DNA of 64,000 nt from Mobula hypostoma (lineage: Eukaryota): NCBI RefSeq assembly GCF_963921235.1, contig NC_086097.1, positions 60,328,001 to 60,392,000 on the forward strand, read 5' to 3'. The notes under the pieces were generated by a model, which had not been told where the DNA came from, made no database searches, and saw only the letters and a program-made list of their open reading frames with translations. Below are positions 22,625 through 36,889 of the stretch, in pieces (positions within the stretch are counted from its first letter, which is position 1; every line of letters begins with the position of its first letter). The position numbers were made by a program, and so were the translations under genes.

Positions 22625-23395
22625 AGGTGGAGCAGCATGGCAGCAGCGGCCTTTCGGATCTGGTGCTACTTTAATTTAGTTTTTTAGTTTAATTTTAAGG
22701 CACAATTAGGGTTTAGGGCAATGGATAACAGCGCGACTATCTACCATCGCCAGATACTGCTACAATACAGAGATCACCAAAAAACAAACCTTCATGAAGA
22801 TCTGCTGGTTAAATTGCGCAACCTCGGCTTGCTGAGAGAATCGGGCCCGCAGTCCTCGGATTTGCCTGATGCCGGTGGCCGGAGGTGGGGACATTGTAAG
22901 CGGTGTGCGAGGAAGCGGAAGCGAGGTGAGCGGGCAGGAGCCCGTGCCAGGAAAAAAGCGAGCCCTAGCCGGCCAGCTCTCCCGTCCACTCTGCTCTCCA
23001 ATGGACATTAAATTGGACTACATCCAACTCCAATGAAATACTCGGCGGGAGTACAGAAACGGACGTGACCCCAGACGTCGCCATTCAACTGTTTATTTAT
23101 GTAACCGCTTTTCCCCCAAGCCATCGGACTATCAACCTACTGCCCTCCACTGTGCCTATTGTCTTGTTTATTATTTATTGTAATGCCTGCACTGTTCTGC
23201 GTACTATATGCAATCCTGGGTAGGTCTGTAGTCTAGTGTAGTTTTTGTGTTGTTTTACATAGTTCAGTGTAGTTTTTGTATTGTTTCATGTAGCACCATG
23301 GTCCTGAAAAATGTTGTCTTGTTTTTATTGTGTACTGTACCAGCAGTTATGGTTGAAATGACAATAAAAAGTGACTTGACTTGACTCGACTAGAC
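22625..23395 (+). mobile_element. internally deleted Rex1/Babar-type element
   Basis: 5' part encodes [20 protein letters not shown]; 23110-23395 is nearly identical to the 3' end of 3964-5182 including the GACTT tail. Confidence 0.75.
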
Positions 23396-23399
23396 CTTT

Positions 23400-23698
23400 G
23401 CGCTCACCTTCAGCCATTGCAATCTTTCATTCTCATTCAACCACTCGGACATCCTCACTTTGGTTGCAATTTTTTCACTGTTTGCAGTTATATCTTCGGT
23501 TGCAAAGACACTTCTTCGGACTCTTTGAATCTCTGCTTCTTCATCTTCCTTTAAGGAACTCTTTAAAATATGTTACTTCACCTTAGATGATCATTTCTGA
23601 TATCTGCAGTATTTACATAGTTCACTATAAAATGTTGTGCCTTAGGAGGCATCGTTAACTTTGAAGAGCTACATTAATGGAAGTTGTTGCTGCTGCTG
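23400..23698 (+). mobile_element. old L2-type 3' tail remnant
   Basis: Ends GCTACATTAATGGAAGTTGTTGCTG, resembling L2/Deu-SINE-type tails. Confidence 0.35.
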
Positions 23699-26650
23699 AC
23701 ATGAATACTTTCTAACTTGGCCATGTGTTAGTGGAGAAGATTGGTATCATGGATTCCTGAGCCAAGATGTACAGATTTGAAGTGCATAGAATTGATCATC
23801 CGCAATGTTATGCCATCTGTGCAAGTGAATGTGTTCACTCCTCAGCTGTAATTTATTTATAACGGTACAACATTGATGTAATAAATAATAATAATTATCA
23901 TAAAAGTAAAAAAGCATATTAAAAAGTTATAAAGTATCAGTTTGTTTTTTACTTGCTTTGAAGAAGGCTTAACCATAGTTTCCCCTGGTGCATTGTAACA
24001 GAACTAAAAGGTGAAGGTATCAACTGAGGAAGACAATGCTTCTCATACTGATAAGCATAACCCTGATGATGGAAATAAGGCCTCCTTGGTCATTGAGTTA
24101 TTTGGTTATCCAAAGCTACTTGTTTCTGTTACAGTTCACTGGAGAAGATCTCAAAGTTCATAGAACAAGGATCAAGAAACGTAGGAAAAAAATATAGGAG
24201 CGTAAAATTCAAGGAGCAAAGCCAGTTATGGGTGACGAGCGGTTTAAAAAATCAGAATATGAATGATAGGTTGTAAAACTGATTTAGCTATCATCTTTTG
24301 GTAGAAGGATTCTCTACATTTAGTGATGATTCATTTACTGCTGCTATTTAAACAGTAAATTATCTCAAGTCACATCACGTATATTCATTATAAAGATATT
24401 TTTTTAGGAATCATGGTTAAACCTGATCAATGATATGGCTTTAGGAATAGAAATGGGTACAGAAACAAATAACTTTGGGGACAAAACACCAGAATTCAAA
24501 ATTTTCAAGACTTAACAGCACATAGATTCTGCACTTTGAGCAAGAGGTTTATTGCATACAGATGCTATTGAATCAGTTATTGATATCGACATTACTCAGT
24601 GTTGATCACGTTCAGACATTGCAGGTACTCAGAAAGTCAACACAGAATGCAGATAGCTCTGCACTTTACCAGTAATTCCTTCAGACAATTAGAAATGGTG
24701 AAAACTGAGAGTGCAGCAAATACTGTTCCTTTGAGGTTTTGGGTGTGATTACTAAATTCTCACTTGTGTATATATTTTGAGTGAAGATATCATTCAGTGT
24801 CAAATGTGAAGAATCTACATCAAGTTCTTATATATTTCTGAACCAATGATAGGGAATAGCTTTCGTGATGTGACAGAGTTTCAATACTGAATTTAAACCA
24901 GTGTTAAATCATTTGAAACTACAATGTCCATAATTCAGGCCTATAGATCGACTTCAATGCTATTAATTTGTAATATGTGCTAGGAAGTAAGTGGTTGGAC
25001 ACAGTGTCAGAATTGGATTAAATTCTCTGGATCAGGAAAAATACTCATACAATTGTCATGAGTGTAGTTATGTAAACCTTATGGCTTACGTAGATAATTT
25101 CCATTTGTGAGGGGTGGTCAGTATATATTGAGACATGGAATCCCGATAGAGCAGGACAGACATCACCTTCATTAAAGGTATCTGAAATTTGAAAAGACAG
25201 TGTTAAGGCAGAAGGCTCTCACTTTGTATATTCAAAGGACTGCAGAATAATCAGTCAATAAAATCTGATTACTAACACTGGAAAATTTACAAGATCTTTT
25301 TTCTGTAAAGAATGTCTAATATTCTTGACTTCTGCAACAGACCATCCATAATTATTATCGGAATAGATTTGGTTAGTAGGTGTTCTACAACAGCAAACTT
25401 TACTTATCATTGTAGGAGTATGTTTTGCCTTTCTGCTGAACTGTATTTATAATCAGCATCAACATCTGAGCTGTTCTAAGTATTATTTAACACATTCAAG
25501 TTGGCAATGGGCCAATCAAATATAACCTTTCAAAATTATATTTGCTGCAATATTTCACTATTGATTCTAAATATAACCGTCATATTTGACATTTTCATGG
25601 CTCTAAGGTAAATTTATGTAATGATTTGAAGTGTCATTCATGTTATCTGAAATATCTTTCATAATATACTGATTTAACAATATCACTCTCATGACAATTT
25701 GGAAGTAACCCTCTAATTACAATGTAATAACACAAGAACAAACAAAAGTAGAATCATAATATTAAAAAAACATATATTTTACATTTTAAGTTACAGTTGT
25801 GTAAAAATGCCATCTCATATTTTCAATTTCTAAGATTCAATTTCCTCTTCAAAACTGAGTATCAATGTTGAGACATCGTGTAGTTTCATACATAAATTTC
25901 TATTGAGTTGCATCAGAAAAACAAGGGAGTTGGAGATCAAAGTCTGCCTCACTTTACAACATCCTAGATACCACGTGAAAGAATGATAAATTGAGGTGTT
26001 GAATAATCTCTCTCAATTAAACAATATTGATTTAAATTAAGTTGAGTTTTGAGCAAAGTAGCTCCATGTTATTTCTTCCATCTTACTCGAAAACTTTCGT
26101 ATTTCAATTATTCTTCACATTCTCACCAACGTATTTTATTCTAAGGGAAAAATCATAAATTTCCATTCATTTTTTCAAGAAAATTTTCATACCTTAACGT
26201 CTTAATGAATTAACATAGAGAAATTATAATCCTCAAAAATAGACGTGCTTTGGGTGAATTAAGTCAGAAGATAAAATGCTGATACTCTAAATAGATAATC
26301 CATATCTCATTTTAAGACTGAGTGACAAACATGCTCCCAAAGTGTCATTAAAATGTTATATAGTAGACGTCTCTTATTTTAATAAAACTATTACCTATCC
26401 CTGTTTATCCCTGAGTTTTCTAAGCCTCATGAAGTCTGACTGGTAAACTGAATCAAAAAGGGCTAGATCCAGCAATTAAGCACCATTAGGGTACCATTTA
26501 ATAGGAAATTTTCCTTTGGGCCCTATAAACACTTCCTTGCCGGTGAGCTTATTTATGATGGCATTAGTTTAATATCATTGAGGGTCTCAACATCATTTTC
26601 CATGAATATTATATTCTCTCCAGAAGAGTAATGGTTATTTATGTTTTCCT

Positions 26651-27655
26651 TTCAAAGTTCAAAATAAATTTATTATTAAATTACATATATGTCACTGTTT
26701 AGTCACTGGGAGTCATTTTCTTGAGGGCATTCACAGTAAATACAAAGAAGCACAAAAGGGTCAGTGAAAATCTGTGCAAAACAAAAATGACCAATGTGCA
26801 ATAAACAACAATTTGTACAAATAAAAAAAGAAAAAACAAACAATAATAAAAAATACATAAACAATGAATATGAAGAACATGAGATGAAGTGTCTTTGAAA
26901 GTGTGTCCACATATCATGGGATCAGTTCAATGATGGGGCAAGAGAAGTTGAGTGAAGTTATCCCCTCTGGTTCAAGAGCCTGATGGTTGAGGGTTTATAA
27001 CTGTTCCTGAACCTGGTGGTGTGGGGCTTGAGACTCCTGCAACACTTTTCTGATGGCAACAGCGAGATGAGAACTTGATAGGGGTCCCTGATGATAGATG
27101 CTGCTTTCCTACAAAAACACTCCTTGTAGAATGTGCTCAGTTGTGGGGAGGACTTTACCCATGATGGGCCGGGCTGTATCTACTACTTCTTGTAGGCTTT
27201 TCTGTACAAGGGCTTTGGAGTTTCCATACCAGGCTGTGATTACACCTGTCAGTATAGAGTACTCTCTATCATGCATTTACAAAGTATATAAGTTTCAGTT
27301 GACATGCCAAATCTTTGCAAAAGTAGGGGGCTGACATGCGTTCTTCATAATGGAACTTACTTGGTGGACCCAGGACAGATCCTCTGAAATAATATCACTA
27401 TGGAATTTAAAGTTGAAGTTGCTGACCCTCTCCGTCTCTGATCCCCTGATGAGGACTGGCTCATGGTCTCTGGTTTCCTCCTCCTGTAGTCAATAATCAG
27501 CTTTTTGTTTTGCCGACATTAAGTGAGAGGTTGTTGTTGTGGCCCCGTTGATTCAGTCAAAAGCAGTAGTGTCATCAGAAAACTTAAATATAACATTGGG
27601 CCTGTGCTTAGCCTCACAGTCATAATTATAATGTGAGTGAGACAGGGAGCTTCTC
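26651..27655 (-). mobile_element. Rex1/Babar-type LINE 3' fragment, decayed
   Basis: TTCAAAGTTCAAA tail; similarity to 44578-45660 and 783-1382. Confidence 0.75.
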
Positions 27656-28425
27656 CATGTATGAATCGAAATAAAACTACATTTACTAGTTAATTGCTTT
27701 GTAAAGATATCTTCCTGTAAGTTGTTGTGCACAACTTTGATGCCCCATATTATCTTCTGTTAAAGAAGAGCAGGAAACACTCAGCAGATCAGTCAACATT
27801 TATAGGAGAAATAGTTTCTTTCTTCCAAAGCTTCAGAGCTCTTAATATCAAATTACCTTAAAACTTAGTGATTTCTGCTTGAAATTCCTAGTTGGAGATA
27901 AAAAATAAAGACATTAACAATGTCACTAACACAGATCCCTAAAAAATCTGCAAAGAATACTGCTGGTAATATGCTTCCATGCTAACAATGAATTTTGTGC
28001 AACTACCCTTAGGGTTACATTGGACAACTAATTACATTATCAAGTTTAAATGTTTCCATCAAGTTCCTAGTCCTTTATTTCTAGTACTAAATTTATTAAG
28101 TCCCTTAAAGGGGACTTAATGCAGCTCAGGTTTAATGCATAAAATATCCTATCACTATTAATCTTCTTCATTATCTCCTCAAAGCAAATCCAACAATTAG
28201 ATTGACAAGGCTTCAAATAATTAACCTATTGTTATCTTTTATTATTTTATTTTGATTCAAATGTGCAACTAGCTTATCATAAATGAGAACAACTGTAACT
28301 TTATCTGCAATGAATTTCAGCTGCCCTAGTTTATAGTTTAAAATTACTTTTGATAACTTTATAAAATGAGTTAAATCAGCCTCTTATAGTTCATGAGCTC
28401 CTCTCAATATTTCAATATTTTGAAA

Positions 28426-28970
28426 GGTTATGAGCCAGAGTTCCTGTGATTTTCTCCTTTTGTTTTCCGCAATTTCTATAATGCTTCATGTCCTAGAAAA
28501 TCATCCATGCATGAAGATAGTGCGCAAAAGTGGTGCAGTAGACGAGGGCACAGTAGTTTGTTCTAACCATTAGCATGCGATCTTCACGCGTACACCTCAC
28601 GCAAGGACCAATGTGCTTTGGAGTTGCCAATCAGTATGTTTTCACCATTAGTGTGTAGCCTCAGGAATCCTGGGGATCGCTAGGTGGATAACACCTTTCA
28701 AGAGTCATAGAAGCAGTTTATAAAAATAAGAACCAGTCTTTAATCTAAGATAAAAATAAAACACCATTGTCTGCAAGGACAGCTATCTCTCAAAGCAGTT
28801 GTACTAGATGTCGGAATTTCCAATAAAGCTGTGAGCACCTGCTGTGGTGTTCATGTCAGTTGTAATTTGCTCCTGAGAGATTCTTTCAGAACCCCTGCAT
28901 ATTGTGCTTAATAAAAACCTTTTAACACTTACAGCCTCAGTCTCCACATGGCTTATTCACAGTCACAACA
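28426..28970 (+). mobile_element. possible solo LTR
   Basis: CCAAT boxes, TATAAAA (~28718), AATAAA (~28910), TCACAACA end; no TSD found. Confidence 0.3.
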
Positions 28971-29361
28971 CAGAGGATCCACAACTAAAAATGTCAAGTA
29001 ATGCTCTGCCTCCCTCTTAGCTACTGAACCCAAACTCTACTGGGAAACATCATACAGCCTGGGCAACACTGACAACAGTAAGACAACCAAGGTTTGAGAG
29101 GGGCGCTCTGTTTCAAAATGATGAATGTCCAAAGAAAGTCCAAATAAAGACATGGACCCAAGAATCAGGACAAGATGGCTGAATTATCAATGCATACAAT
29201 AATGTATTTCCTTGTGACAAGGAAGAAAAGCATTTCAGCCCATTGAGTTTGTCGTTGTGTAAACAAAGTCATCGGAGAGACGCAGCTAGTAGGTATAAAA
29301 GTAGTCTTTTCACTTGATACACACAGTCACTTATAAGCTGACAGCCTTTTGATATGATTAA

Positions 29362-30170
29362 TAGTGGAGAGGGTTTACCCGTGATGGACTGGACCATATC
29401 CACTACTTTTTGTTGGATTTTCCATTCAAGGGCCTTGATGGTTTCATGCCTACCTGTGATGCGCAAATCAATATACTCTCCACCTCACATTTTTTGAAGT
29501 TTGTCAAAACTTTAAATGTCATACTAAATGTTTGTAAACTTCTGAGAAAGTAAGGGTGCTGCATTGTTTTCTTCATAATTACACTTACATGCTGGGCCCA
29601 GGATAGGTCTACTGAAATGATAACACCAAGGAATATAAAGTTACTGACCCTTTTCACCTCTGATCACCTGATGGGGTCTTGCTCATGGACTCTGGTTTCC
29701 TCCTCCTGTGATCAATAATTAGCTCCTTGATCTTGCTGACATTGAGTAAGAGTTTGTTGTGACACCACTCAGCTGAATTTTCAGTCTCCCTCCTATATGC
29801 TGATTCATCACCACTTTAATTGGCCTATGACAGTGATGTTGTCAGCAAACTTAAATATCGCAATGAGACACTATTAGCTACACAGTCATCAGTGTAAAGC
29901 GAGTGAAGCAGGGGGCTAAGCACACAGCCTTGTGCACCTGTGCTGATGGAAGTTGTGGAGCTGTTGCCAACTCAAAGTGACTGGAGTGTGCAAATGAGGA
30001 AATCAAGGACCCATTTGCATAAGGAGGTATTGAGGCCAAGGGCTTGAACCTTATTGATTAGTTTTGAGGTGATTATAGTATTGAACACTGATCTATAGTT
30101 GATAAAGAGCATCTAATTGTACGCGCCTTTGCTGTCCAGACATTCTAGGCATGAGTGAAGAGCCAATGAA
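29362..30170 (-). mobile_element. Rex1/Babar-type RT fragment
   Basis: ORF 29403-29657 RVSNFIFLGVIISVDLSWAQH; KFADN-like motif near 29845. Confidence 0.75.
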
Positions 30171-30332
30171 TTTTATGGTGCAGTCTCATCTTTGACTGTT
30201 TACATAGAAAGTTAGTGCTGAATGGAAACTGGGGGTGGGGTGGAGCATGGGGGGGGGGGCACGGGATTGGGGAAGCCCAAGTAGTCACAGAGAGTATATG
30301 GAAACTCCACTCAGACTCACAATTGACTGTAG

Positions 30333-31269
30333 GGCTACGTCCACATTAGACCAGATAAATCTGTAACCAAAGATTTTTCTCTTCGTTTTGACCCTCTGTC
30401 CACACTGAAATGCCATTTTCCTCCCCTGAAAAAGGAGCTTTTCTAAAATGCCCTCCAGAGTGTGTAAATTTGAAAATGCCGATTGGGCAGAGTAGTGTGG
30501 ACGGGGTAACCAGAGATTTCTAAAAACGCTCTCATGACGTGCCGGAACAGATGGCGGCAGCGCGGCATTTCATTGTCTTCATGAACGCAACCCCCCACAC
30601 AACCTAACAATTTCAGAACCGACGGCCACGAGGCTGAAGCCGGAAGGGTTAGAAATGTACTCACCAAATACTTTGACCCATAACTCACTGAATAAATAAG
30701 TATACTCACATTGCCCAGTTTTCTATCCTTGCTTGTATGAAGGTGGTTTACCTATTTATGCAAGTACTTTTCTGACAATAGATGAGTAACAGCCTAATGT
30801 AACGTCGTATGGAAATAGAAGACACCACTGATGCAGACATGTTTTATACATTTGGCAAGGTGCTTTATTAATGCAACAGAGTTAGTCAGTTTTTCAATGT
30901 TCGTCGTCAGCCGGGTCATACTGTCCGTGAACTCCCTGTCGGTTGCCTCCATACACTCTAGTATTTATTTTTTTTTAGTTTTAAATCCTCCTGCACGAGA
31001 GCCAACAGCTGTCCGTCGTTTGGCAATTTCCTTTTAAGCTTCTCTCGTCTGTAACTGCACAAACGCGCACTTTCACAGCGAGCTTCGACACCAAACATGG
31101 CGCCTGTTTTCTGTAGATGTGTGCTGCGCATGCCCAGTAGGAGGAGATTCGCCCAAATACCCGTTTTAATGTGGACAGAGGTATTTTCAAAAACACTTGG
31201 TGTGGACGCCTATCGTTTTTACACAAAACTGGTATTTTCAAAATTATACTGTCTAGTGTGGACGTAGCC
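30333..31269 (-). mobile_element. PIF/Harbinger non-autonomous DNA transposon (short form, complete)
   Basis: TIRs GGCTACGTCCACA / TGTGGACGTAGCC, 3-bp TSD TAG; inverted homolog of 19418-21140; sits inside a SINE remnant. Confidence 0.88.
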
Positions 31270-31514
31270 TAGGTCACTGGTCTTGTGAGAAAGCAGCTCT
31301 ATTAAATTACTCCACATGTGATCAAGTGCAATAAAAACAGTTACAGTTTAACAATTGCACTACCATACACACGCACACACACAAAATCATTCTCTCTCTC
31401 CCCAAAACTGCAATACCTGCACCTTATACACATTTATAAAAACTTGGACTTACCATATACATATATTGCATATATATACATATATCTATGAATCACCTTC
31501 CAATTTTCTTTACT

Positions 31515-31768
31515 TTTCTTTATTTTTTGAAGTACAGCATGGAATGCTCTTTGAGCTGTGTCGCCCAGCAATCCCCAATTTAACCCTAGCTTAATCACAG
31601 GACAATTCACAATACCAATTAACCTGCCAACCGGTGTGTCTTTGGACTGTTGAAGGAAACCCAAGTGGTCATGTATAAATGTACAAACTCCTTATAGACA
31701 ATGGTGGGAATTCAACCCCGGTCACTGGTACTGCAAAGAGTTGTGCTAACCGTTATGCTACCGTGCCA
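31515..31768 (-). mobile_element. tRNA-derived V-domain SINE
   Basis: Same family as 13381-13678; head GGCACGGTAGCATAACGG..GGTTGAATTCC. Confidence 0.75.
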
Positions 31769-32384
31769 CTTCTCTCATTGGAGAACCAGTCACAATTACA
31801 GGAAGCTGGAGGTCTGGCTCAGACATTTGGTAGGAAAGGTGCTGCCGGTCACACGTTAGGCCGCTGATGGTTTGTCATTACTGAAAGTGACAGAATCTCA
31901 TCCTCCATCCCAAATCCCATATCCTCTCATCCCACAATCTCTTCTGCTTTATAAAATGTGGATGGTTTCACTACATTTCCTCTCCCTTGATCATTTAAAT
32001 ACTATTGTCTTTTTCTCAGTTTAGTTTCCCGATACATATTATTGGACCACGGCCAACAGCAGGAGCAGCCCATTCTATGGAGTAATGGTTGGTGTATCAC
32101 TGCAGACAACCATCAGCCCTGATGTTGCACTAGAGATCATAGTTCTTATTGAACTCGAGAAATGAATTCTGGAAGTTCATTTTTATACAATATTGCTTAT
32201 TGGGGAAACAGGATTAATGAAATTTGTTGCTTCTGTGCATAAAGTTCTTACACCAATGAAGTTAAATATTACAATGGAATTTACTTCTGCACAATGGCTG
32301 GTGGTCATTTGGAAAGGTGTATGTAGCAGGGCTACATAATGCCAGAGAATAGGTGTCATAACAAACATAAGTGCTACAAAAATG

Positions 32385-33135
32385 TCATGGAGTTATCTGA
32401 TACGGAAACAAACTTTTTGGCCTAACTCTTCCATGCCAATCTCATTTGCACCTGTCCTTATAAACCTTTACTAACTGTGCACCTGTCCGAATTTTTTTTA
32501 ATGTTGTAATAGTACCCATCTTGACCATCTCTTCTGGCAGGTTGTTCCACATAGATGACTAACATCTGTATGAAAGACTTGCCCTTCAGATCTTGTCTCA
32601 CTTTTAACCTATGCTCTTTAGTTTTCTCTCCAGGGAAAAAGGCAGTGAATACCTTGCCTAACAATGCCTGCTATAATTTTATAAACTTCTATAAAGTCAC
32701 CAGTCAGCCTCCTTCATTCCAGGGAAAACAGTCCCAGTCTATACAATTTCTTCTTAAAGCTCAAGCCCTTTGGTTCAGACAGTATCCTTCTGAGCTCTAT
32801 CTAACTTAATCACATTCTTCTTGCAGCACGGCAACCTGAACTGCACACAATCTACGTTCTCTCTCATCACTGTCTTTTACAGCTGCAATATGATGTCCCA
32901 GTTTCTGTAACTCATTTCCCCAACTAATGAAGTTAAACATGCTGTATGCCTTCTTCACCAGCATCTCTACCCGCATTGCCACTTTCATGGGACTATGTAT
33001 TTATATCCTGGGGACCCACGGTTCAACAACACTCCCCAGAGCCCTGCAATTCACTGTGTATGTCCTGGCCTGGTTTAACTTTCCAAAATGCATGCTACAC
33101 ACATACACAATTTAAATTTCATCTGCCATTCCTTT
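32385..33135 (-). mobile_element. CR1 3' fragment, decayed
   Basis: LVKKAYSMFNFIS motif and CR1-like 3' UTR. Confidence 0.7.
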
Positions 33136-34130
33136 TCACTCTTGGTCCAGATCAGGAGATGAATTTCCCACAGGGCATAAATGAAACACCAAAACTGGGT
33201 GCAGCATTGCTCTACTCTGTATTTTTCAATTGTATACTCTCAACAATTTTTGAATTGAACAAATATATTTCAAGGTAAAGAGAATTCTAAGTCATATTAT
33301 TATTTGAAATTCTGAATGGCTTGCTTTACTATTGGAGTACATTGACTGTCCCCCTCACAAGCTGAAAAAGAATTTCTCACAAAAAGATTTACTGAACTAT
33401 GCTGATCCCTTTTTTTTATCAGTAATTAAACTCCAACAGCTGTGTCCTTTTTCCACAAAAAAAATCCTGCACTAATTAGTAGATGTTTCCTTGCCAACCA
33501 TTCCATCAGTTAAAAAAAATCCAATTAAAAATTTCCACAGCCAGATTCATGACAACAAGTAAAATAGAATCGCAGCCCTCCCCTTCTCTTTTATATGGAT
33601 GATCATGTTATAACAGAAGAGACATATTGTACTCTCTGTCATCATCTTCCAGAGAACTGATGGCCAATTTTCATGTCCTTATATTTGCTATTCTTGAATG
33701 GTACGGAAAAGTAAATAACCAACAGTGTTGTCTGTTCACAAAAGAAATAATTTCTTTGAGAAAATACTCCTTGCAGTTTGTGAAAGCTCAGTTGTATGGA
33801 TGTTAAACACCTCAATTTAAAACCATGTCAACCTCCTTTTTCACCTCACAGCATTAACTGATGGCTGCTCCCGGAATGAGCTGCGCACAGAGCCATTCAA
33901 GTGTACTGTAAGATGCAAGACACCACTATCTATAGCATTCCTCTGCCAAGACTCCAAAAAATGTTTGAGAACAGATAAGCTACTTCCAAAAATTGCAAGA
34001 TCAATTTCATGAAATTGTAAAATAAAAGATAATCTTAAGTGAATGATGTATCAGCTGAGCGCATGAATAAAAGAAAAATTTCCACCAGTAAAAGGGCCTG
34101 ATCACACTTAAAACAAATTAATTAAATTTT

Positions 34131-36700
34131 ACAAACGAGAAAATCTGCAAATGCTGGAAGTACAAGCAACACACACAAAATGCTGGAGGAACTCAGCAGT
34201 CCAGGCAGCATCTATGGAAGAATAGTACAGTCAACATTTTGGGCTGAGTCTCTACGGCAGAACTGGAGAAAAAAAGTTGAGGAGTAGATTTAAAAGGTCA
34301 GGGGAGGGGAGAGAGAAACACAAGGAACACAGTACATGATCCCAACAGGTGAAGCATTGCCTCACCTGGAAGGACCGTTTAGGGCCCTGAATGGTAGTGA
34401 GGGAGGAGATGTAGGGGGAGGTGTAGCACTTGTTCTGTTTGCAAGGATAAGTGCCAGGAGGGAGATCAGCGGGGAGGGACAAATGGACAAGGGAGTTGCA
34501 TAGGGAGCGATCCCTGCCAAAAACAGAAAATGGGAGGGAAGGGAAAAATGTGTTTGGTGGTGGGATCAAGTTGGAGATGGCAGAAGTTCTGGAGAATTAT
34601 GAGCTGGAAAAAGAGGCTGGTGGGATGATACGTGAGGACAAGAGGAACCCTATCCCTAGTAGGGTACCGGGAGAATGCAGTAAGAATCCAGTGAGTATGA
34701 AATGGATGAGAGGGAATTGAGGGCAGTGTTAAAGGTGAAAGTCTTTTCTTTGAAAAAAGGACATATTTTTTGCTCTAGAATTTAAAGCCTCATGCGAAGA
34801 GCAGATGCAGTGGAGATAGAGGAACTGAGAGAAGGGGATGGCTTTTTTACAAGTAACAGGGTGGGAAGAGGCATAGTCCAGGTAGCGTGACAGTCCATGG
34901 GTTTATAATAGACATCAGTTTATAAACTGCCTCCAGAGATGGAGACAGTGAGATTGAGAAAGGAGAAGGAGGTGTCAGAAATGGACAGGTAAATTTGAGG
35001 GCAGGATGGAAGTTTGAAGCAAAGTTGATTAAGTCGATGAGCTTGGTATGGGTGCAGGAAGCAGCACCAATGCAATTGTCGATGTGGCATAGGAAAGGTG
35101 GGGGACGGACACCAATGTAGGCTTGGAACATAGACTGTTCCACATAACCGACAAAAAGGCGGGCATAGCTGGGCCCATGTGAATGCCCATGGCTACATCA
35201 TTTGTTTGAAGGAAATGGGAGGAACCAAAGAAGAAATTATTAAGAGTGAGAACAAGTTCTGCCAAGTGGAGGAGAGTGTGGAGGGGAAATGGTTGGGTCT
35301 GGTGTCCAGAAAGAAACAGAAAGCTTTGAGGCTTTCCTGGTGGGGGATTGAGGTGTATAGGGACTGGACATCCATAATGAACATAAGATAATGAGAGCCA
35401 GGGAACTAGAAATCATTGAAAAAATCCAGAGTGTGTGAAGTGTCACAGATGTAGGTAGGAAGGGACTGAACTAGGGGGAGATAAGACAGAGTCGATATAT
35501 GTAGATGTGAGTTCAATGGGGCAGGAACAAGATGAAACAATGGGTCTACCTGGACAAGCAGGTTTGTGGATCTTGGGTAGGAGGTAGAAACAGAAGGTGC
35601 GGGATGCGGGAACTATGAGGTTGGTGGCAGTGGATGGGAGAGCCCCAAAGTCAATAAGATCGGTGATTGTGTGGGAGACAATGGCCTGGTGTTTCTTAGT
35701 GGGTTCCTGTTCGAGAGGTAAGTAAGAGGAGGTGTCTGAGAGTTGGCGCTGGGCCTCAGCAAGGTAGAGGTCAGTACGCCAGTCTACCACAGTAACCCCT
35801 TACCTGCGGGTTCGATGATGAGGTTAGGATTAGTACAGAGGGAGTGGAGAGCAAAACGTTCAGAAGGAGTGAGGTTGAAATTGGAGAGAGGAGTGTTGAA
35901 GTCGAGACAGTTGATGTCCCATTGGCAGTTGGCAATGAAAAAGTCCGGATCAGGCTGAAGACCAGAGCAGGATGTCCACTAAGAGGAGGAGGGGTGAAGA
36001 CAGGAGATAGGGTCATTGGTGTGGGGTAGAATGTCCTTACCAAAGAAATAGACTCGGAGTAGAAGGTGGCAGAAGAAAAGCTCAGCATCATAGTGGGCGC
36101 AGAACTCACTGAGATTTGGCACTGTGGGACAAAAATGAGGTCCTTACTGAGGACAGAACCTTCTGCCTCAGTGAGGGGAAGGTCAGAGGGAATGGTGAAA
36201 ATTCAGCATGAAAGCTGCGTTCGGAGGGAGAATAGGGTTGGTAGTGTCTGAGGAGAAGGGATGTTTGAGGTGTTCGGGGAAAGTGAGGTGAGAGGAAGAT
36301 GGAATCTATAAGGACCCAAGAGCTGGCAGTGGGACCTGAGAGAGATGAGATTGCAGAGTGGTGGTGGGGGAAGGGGAGACTGGGGGTTTCAGCGGTAGTG
36401 TGTGAAGACCCGACCTGGAGGTCAAGGCTGGAGTTAAAATTTGGAAGTTGCGCAATTGGCACTTTGGAGATGTCCGAGGTAATTGGAACCTGCATTGATG
36501 GAGGTGGAGTCTGGGTTTTGAATCTGCTCGAGATTGTTAGAGCCATTGAGATCGGTAGCGAGGATCGCAGTCTGGAGACATCTGGACCTGCCGGCATTGG
36601 AATGGTGAAGCATCTGTTATTACTACGCTTTGTCTTTTCTCCAGTTGCAGCATCCAGAGCAGTAGAGGGGAGGAGTTAGCAGCTTTTGTTAAATGGTGTC
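34131..36700 (-). mobile_element. Penelope-like element, long decayed copy with RT
   Basis: FYLLPKIHK..PGRPIVS, FIMDVQSLYTSIPH, FLQTNDVAMG..MGP, FLCHIDN; terminal repeat at 34131-34300; GIY-YIG region largely deleted. Confidence 0.88.
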
Positions 36701-36889
36701 ATTGGCTATGACTTTGGCAACTCAGCCAATAAAAGAAAGGTAGCGTAAAGTGGAGTGGGCTAGAGCAAAAGTGGGAATCTGAGGCTTTGGTGAGTAGCAT
36801 GTAAGGATTTTTATAGTAGTTAAATAAAAAGACACCAAATTAAAACTAATTAAATATGTAGAGATGGTGGACCCCATTTTGGTTCTTGG

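Noticed and set aside
28095..28120. Hairpin ATTAAGTCCC/GGGACTTAAT
   Set aside because: Isolated 10-bp stem with no supporting context; compatible with chance
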